Positions 32,948-38,056 of a DNA stretch of 38,056 nt are shown piece by piece (positions within the stretch are counted from its first letter, which is position 1; every line of letters starts with the position of its first letter). The notes below the pieces were generated by a model. It was given only the letters and a program-made list of their open reading frames with translations. It was not told where the DNA came from and made no database searches. The stretch spans positions 1 to 38,056 of the forward strand of contig LT649321.1 of the NCBI GenBank assembly GCA_900128395.1, written 5' to 3'. This DNA is from Stramenopiles sp. TOSAG23-2. Lineage: Eukaryota. The translations under genes and the position numbers were made by a program.

Positions 32948-33369
32948 GTGTAAATCATGCTATAGGTGATTCGATTAGTGCAATGGTAGATGATGATTAT
33001 GATATTACAATGGAAACCGAATTGATTCGACCAAAACGTAGAAATCTACGAAGTTCGAAAAAGTGATCCTTTGAAATAATTTAAAAATTATATATTTAAT
33101 TTAACAAAAATAATTAATTGTGGATAGAGAGACGGAGAGGGGGGAAAGGGGGGGGGAGAAAAAAATTACAGAATACAAATATATACTAAATGATAAATAT
33201 AGAAAAAAGTAGGGGAGAGAGATAGAGAGGTAAACAGGTAAACAAAAGCCAAAGGAATGTGTAAAAATACTTGAAAAGTTGTCAATAAAAATAAACAAAA
33301 TTTTTTTGTCATAAAAATTTCAACTTTCAACTCCACACGATTTTCTTGCTATTTTGCTTTTAAGTACAT
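32941..33369 (+). repeat. Direct repeat copy 2 (gene fragment; supplies the mannosidase stop codon and 3' flank)
   Basis: Begins CCAGTAAGTGTAAATCATGC, as at 27288. Its TAA (32945-32947) ends the GH38 ORF. Confidence 0.95.
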
Positions 33370-33655
33370 TTCTAAGATTACCACTTCATGACATCAATTA
33401 ATATACATATTAATATAAAGACTAAATACTAGTATTATCGTTCATCATATAGGGGGATTTTAGCGATTAGTATACAGCTCTTATAGCTATATCTGGTCAG
33501 GAGAATGTTTTCTCCCCTTGCTATTCCCATACTAAATCACATACATGCTACGTCTATGCTATTGTAGAAGTAATCCGATCACATCGTGTTGGATTATCTT
33601 TATAAATAGAACTTAGAATGTAGGCATATAAAATAAATATATATCACATAGTGAA

Positions 33656-34303
33656 TTTCAAGGCGCGGTACTGTCACCAATAAAATGGGACTTAGTCTTA
33701 AATCCCGTTCTGTGGCATTTGAATACCAAGATGATTAATTGTGGATACACAATAAAACAGAAAGAAGTTACGCAAATAAATAATGGAAACAAGATAATTA
33801 ATAAAGAAAGCAGAATTAACAATGATGAGCAACAAAGTAATAAAATAAAGATATGTGAAGCATTTGCGGATGATACTGCACTATTAGCAAAAAATAGATT
33901 AAGTATTATTAAAATTTTTCAGGTGTTTAGCAAGCAATGCTATTGTAAGTTACATGCGGTAGATTTCTATAATGTAAGATGTCAGGGAATTGAGTGTCGA
34001 CAGCCGGCAAATGAACATGGCAACTGGCAAGGTTTTTGTTCAAAATCATGCAAGGCAACAAAAACAGAAACAATGGAAGGGAGAAACACACGGTCGAACT
34101 CAGCAATAACTAGGAAAAGTGTACAACGCAGAGCACAAAGAATACAAAATAAACTAATTCAAATACAAAAGCGGAGGACGCATAGAGAAGAACATGATGT
34201 TGGTAATCGGGATCCGAATTTGCATGTTACGATAAATCACGAATATATAAATAATGCGTTGAACGTTACAAGATGTTTAGGAGGTAGGATAGATTTAATA
34301 TAA
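33656..34303 (+). mobile_element. Truncated non-LTR retrotransposon reverse transcriptase fragment
   Basis: In frame and upstream of the tracked ORF the sequence reads FQGAVLSPIKWDLVLNPVLWHL (QG..LSP motif), then GYTI, AFADDTALLA and a late RCLGGRI (YLG-like). In-frame stop at 33629. No endonuclease or thumb region seen. Confidence 0.8.
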
Positions 34304-34632
34304 TTATCTACCTACTATCCAAAAAATCTTTATCTTCTTCATCTAGTTAAGGAAACAGCTGTCCTTCTAGTTGGCAATTTAAAGTTATAGCAAATATTCA
34401 TCGATTCATCGTATATTTTGTTCAGATTTAGAAAATTATAATTTTTCTCAAATTCTGCAAATTATATATATATTCGTTGGATATCATCAAAAGGCAAGCA
34501 AATTTTTTTTTCGTCATCGTCGCGTTTCAGATTTTCAGTTAAGGAGCCCATATTTTAAGGAATTCCGCTGAATATTCAATTTTTAAGGAGTTTAAATTTT
34601 AAGGAATCGTCTTATATTATTTTATATTTCTG

Positions 34633-34841
34633 AATCCTAATCGACATAAGTCGTACGGCGGACGTTCTATATTTAATATCTATATTACTAATCCGCATAG
34701 ACATAAGTCTTAAGGAGGCTGTTCTATAATCCATATATATTACTAATCCGACTAGACATAAGTCTACAGGAGGCTGTTCTATATTCCTTATATATAACTG
34801 AATCCCAATAGACATAAGTCTTCCGGAGGACGTTCTCTATT
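34633..34841. repeat. Four-copy ~56-bp tandem repeat with palindromic core
   Basis: AATCC...GACATAAGTC....GG.GG..GTTCT.TA units. Cores at 34643, 34700, 34755 and 34811. Confidence 0.9.
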
Positions 34842-35072
34842 TTCTCACCGTCGTTAACGAATCAATCGTCGTATATCACAGGTGGTCATAGGAATCCTCC
34901 CTCGTTCGTAGTTTATCATCATAAATAGTGGGTGATATAATATTATTTTAAGTCGTTTTTTTCTTTTAATTTTATTTCTACGTCGTTTAAACTTACTTCC
35001 AAAAAAGTAAAGTTTCTTTCTTATTTCTATATTGTTCTAACTTTCTTCCAAGTTTGTAGACACATATAGATT

Positions 35073-35828
35073 ATGACTGAACGCGTACGTGATAATATGT
35101 CCGATTTAACGCTTACTGCACCACCTTCACCATTAACTGCACCTATCAATGCACAAAACGCTGGTAACAATACTGATACCAATGTAGACGCTGATAACAG
35201 CAGAAATATTTTTGAATCGGGTACTCCAACAGTTGCTTTTAATACCACAAGCACTCCCGTTCAAAACCAACCGCCATCATCGTCATCAACACCAGTTCCA
35301 CCATTTTCACCTTCTGCACAAATTGTTGCTCAACAAAAATTTTTGCATCAACGCAGGTCAGACGTGCGAAAACAATTACATGCATATCAAACTTGCCATG
35401 TCAAATTCACAACATTGCACCTATCTAGTAATAATATTACTGATGTACAAAGTATTGGTGATGCATTAAAAACAAACAATACATTAAAGCAATTGTCCCT
35501 AATTAATAATAATATTACTAATGTACAAAGTATTGGTGATGCATTAAAAACAAACAATACATTAAAGCACTTGTGGCTACATGATAATAATATTACTGAT
35601 GTACAAAGTATTGGTGAAGGATTAAAAACAGATAATAATATTACTGATGATAGTGGAATACAAAGTATTATTGATGTATTAAAAACAAACAATACATTAA
35701 GAGTATTGTTCCTACGTGATAATCAACTTAGTTATAATATGAGATCACAATTAGATGCTATAAATCAATATAAAATAGATGGATCAAACGGGTATCAACA
35801 AGTGGAAGAGATGATGATAGTGACATAA
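35073..35828 (+). CDS. RI-like/NLRC3-type leucine-rich repeat protein with low-complexity N-terminus
   Basis: 26-aa repeats LKTNNTLxxLxLxxNNITDVQSIGDA with a 78-bp period (35430, 35508, 35586). One unit lacks 30 bp. Confidence 0.75.
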   Translation: MTERVRDNMSDLTLTAPPSPLTAPINAQNAGNNTDTNVDADNSRNIFESGTPTVAFNTTSTPVQNQPPSSSSTPVPPFSPSAQIVAQQKFLHQRRSDVRKQLHAYQTCHVKFTTLHLSSNNITDVQSIGDALKTNNTLKQLSLINNNITNVQSIGDALKTNNTLKHLWLHDNNITDVQSIGEGLKTDNNITDDSGIQSIIDVLKTNNTLRVLFLRDNQLSYNMRSQLDAINQYKIDGSNGYQQVEEMMIVT

Positions 35829-36195
35829 TAATAAATAAAAATAAAATAACTAACACTACACACTATTCTAACTATTATTGAAATACATATATATTTTTTA
35901 TTTTAGTACATATATATATACAAACAACCACCAACACATAACACGCATTAATAATATTTACGGTGAGAAGGTTATCTATTTTATATATAGTTTAATATAT
36001 CAATGGACAATTTAAGAGCATGGCATCCACAGTTATTGCCGTCAGCGCTATTCGATGCATATAAAAAAATGCAATATATTAATTTTTTAATCTCGAATTA
36101 AAAATATCAAACAAATTAATTATAAATAGTGTGTCTCTGTAGAAATAATTGCACGATCTGGGGACAACATTTAATAAACAAAAAAACGAACAAGA

Positions 36196-36349
36196 CTTTA
36201 GAGACATTGCACCTATGGCTAGTAATAATATTACCGATGTACAAAGTATTAGTGAAGGATTAAAAACAAACAATACATTAACGACATTGAACCTAGGTGG
36301 TAATAATATTACCTGATGTCCAAAAGTATTCGTGAAGGATTAAAAACAA
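36196..36349 (+). pseudogene. Frameshifted LRR fragment (two units) related to the upstream LRR gene
   Basis: AATAATATTACC at 36224 and 36302 (78 bp apart) with GATGTACAAAGTATT.GTGAAGGATTAAAAACAAACAATACATTA. Small insertions break the frame. Confidence 0.85.
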
Positions 36350-36453
36350 TAACAAACTATGATATTGAAATATATATATTATTATGATACTTTTTATTTT
36401 AGTTTGTTTTTAATTTTCTATATGCCACATTCTCCATTCTCCTTTACCTGTCC

Positions 36454-37668
36454 TCACTCTTTCTCCTTCTCCTTTTGCTGCTGCTCTTGCATCTCTTTAA
36501 TATGCATACTAACCAAATCAACTTTCACTTTTAAATATTCCAACCATAATCGATTTGTATTACCAAATAAAACACCTTGCTTTTTCATCTTACGTTTTTT
36601 TTTCATCAATACAATCATATTTTTTTCAAATTCTTGTCTCATTTTTGTTAATTTCCAATGTAAAAATTTAATTGGATCATCTGGATGTACAACTTTTGCA
36701 ACTTCCATTGCATCACCATTACCATATTCCACAAAACCAAATGGAATGAAATTAGATTTTGTTTCATCAACACTTGTACCATCGTATTTTGCTAAACGCA
36801 TACATGTCATTTCACGTCGTAATTGTAAATATAATACATCATTTGGATTGTGTTTTGGTATGAAAAAATATTGTATTGCAAATACTTCATTGGAATGATT
36901 ACCATATGTAATAGTCACTTCTTCTCCTGGTTTTATATCACGTCTACTTTTAACAACTAATTTATTACCATTTTCTAATATCCAATGTGCATTTGGATCT
37001 TTATCATGATTTAAATATTCAACAAATGGTGGTAATACAAATAACGATAATTCTTGTAAAAATAAACAACGACTATGGACGGTATGTAATGCAGCTTTAC
37101 AATTTCGTAATGGTTGTGATGATTTTTCTGCTAATTGTTCTGCTTCTCGGACTCTACGTTCTGCTAATAACATTAATAATGATTCTTTAAATTTATTATT
37201 CTCCGTTTTCTGATCTTTTACTACTTCTTCGGGAAAAGAGGATATAGTAAAACAACCTGGCATATCATTATCATTTAATTTTAATAATTTTGTATAATAA
37301 TCATATGTTATAAAATTCAATAAATTTTCTGCTAATGTTTGTGGTGTTTTTGCAGTTAAAACAGTATCATCTATTGTCGTTTCAATTAATGTCGTCCCAT
37401 CTTTAATAAATTCTTGTGCAACAATACCATCCCCACGATCACCGCCTGGCAATTCCGTTAATAACAATCCAATATTTTTAATAGTACCATTTAAATATTT
37501 TTTTTCATAGATCACAGGTGGTAATGGTGAATGTTGATTCTTGTTCTTTTCGTTGATTTTATTTGATGATTGATTATTATTATTATTATTAGTATTATTA
37601 GATGATGAGGAGGAGGAGGAAATAGTCGCAGTGGTGGTTTCGTTTTGTTTGTTTATTATACTAGCCAT
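36454..37668 (-). CDS. SET-domain protein lysine methyltransferase (SETD3/Rubisco-LSMT-like)
   Basis: ATG at 37668 (MASIINK). Motifs RGDGIVAQEFI, VHSR, LPPFVEYLNH..DPN and RDIKPGEEVTITYG..SN....YFF...NPND. Confidence 0.88.
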   Translation of the reverse strand: MASIINKQNETTTATISSSSSSSNNTNNNNNNQSSNKINEKNKNQHSPLPPVIYEKKYLNGTIKNIGLLLTELPGGDRGDGIVAQEFIKDGTTLIETTIDDTVLTAKTPQTLAENLLNFITYDYYTKLLKLNDNDMPGCFTISSFPEEVVKDQKTENNKFKESLLMLLAERRVREAEQLAEKSSQPLRNCKAALHTVHSRCLFLQELSLFVLPPFVEYLNHDKDPNAHWILENGNKLVVKSRRDIKPGEEVTITYGNHSNEVFAIQYFFIPKHNPNDVLYLQLRREMTCMRLAKYDGTSVDETKSNFIPFGFVEYGNGDAMEVAKVVHPDDPIKFLHWKLTKMRQEFEKNMIVLMKKKRKMKKQGVLFGNTNRLWLEYLKVKVDLVSMHIKEMQEQQQKEKEKE

Positions 37669-37827
37669 ATTATATTTATATATGTGTTCTTTCTTAGAAT
37701 ATTGTAATCTATTTTTTGTTTTTCCTCTTTGAAGTATTTTCACTATATCGTGTATTTGAAAGGATAACGTTTTTTCATCAAACAATTCACGGAAACATCG
37801 AATAATATGATTGAACAGGAGGGAGGT

Positions 37828-38056
37828 TTAAAGCTGTTGAACTATCTTATGTGCCATTATACCATGCTGTGTACTCGCTATATGGAGCTTTTTTTGGTAT
37901 TTTCCATACCCTAACGTCTATCTTTAGTGTAAGATAGCATTAGCCGGGGACAATTTGTCCCCAGGAAAAATGGACATCTTGACAACTCGCAATATTTTGG
38001 ACGATATGGGACACATATTTCGGATATTTTAAATATGTAATGATATTCTGTACCAA
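37828..38056 (+). mobile_element. Terminal part of a putative TTAA-targeting DNA transposon (Kolobok-like end), running off the right edge
   Basis: TTAA (37828-37831) then AGCTGTTGAACTATC..., the inverted copy of 1-90. Extent beyond 37917 is assumed. Confidence 0.6.

Noticed and set aside
32875..33066. 63-aa ORF as an independent gene
   Set aside because: It is the duplicated tail of the 25905-27413 gene joined to an off-frame part of the mannosidase.
33719..34303. DGR, retron or telomerase RT acting on the LRR gene
   Set aside because: Motifs fit a truncated non-LTR RT, and LRR differences are not confined to adenines as a DGR template/variable pair would require.
34633..34841. CRISPR array, or the 67-aa minus-strand ORF as a gene
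   Set aside because: Whole units align and there are no unique spacers. Unit lengths are not all multiples of three.
1..37917. One giant transposon, Polinton or endogenous virus bounded by TIRs
   Set aside because: The TTAA boundaries are on the inner side, the enclosed genes are cellular, and no transposase, polymerase or capsid gene was seen.

Overview
AT-rich (roughly 30% GC by eye) eukaryotic nuclear DNA with about 15 apparently intronless genes in the standard code. Two tenascin/EGF-like proteins of the tubular mastigoneme (Sig/OCM/Mas) type suggest a flagellated stramenopile; this is inferred from motifs, not from a search. Recognisable genes: LCM-family SAM methyltransferase, IQ/WW/zinc-finger/LRR protein, proteasome beta-6 subunit (PSMB1), CAF-1 p60 (CHAF1B), TPR-prefoldin fusion, GH38 alpha-mannosidase, RI-like LRR protein and SET-domain protein. 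Both ends of the window lie in inverted copies of one ~90 bp sequence that stops at TTAA|AG on the inner side, resembling Kolobok-type transposon ends. The 27.3-36.4 kb part looks accessory. It holds a ~400 bp direct duplication that supplies the mannosidase stop codon, a GC-rich secreted two-module protein with RRL motifs, a LINE reverse transcriptase remnant, a 4-copy mini-hairpin array, and 78-bp LRR units that vary almost only at exposed positions. No rRNA, tRNA or CRISPR array was recognised. All family calls come from reading motifs by eye.
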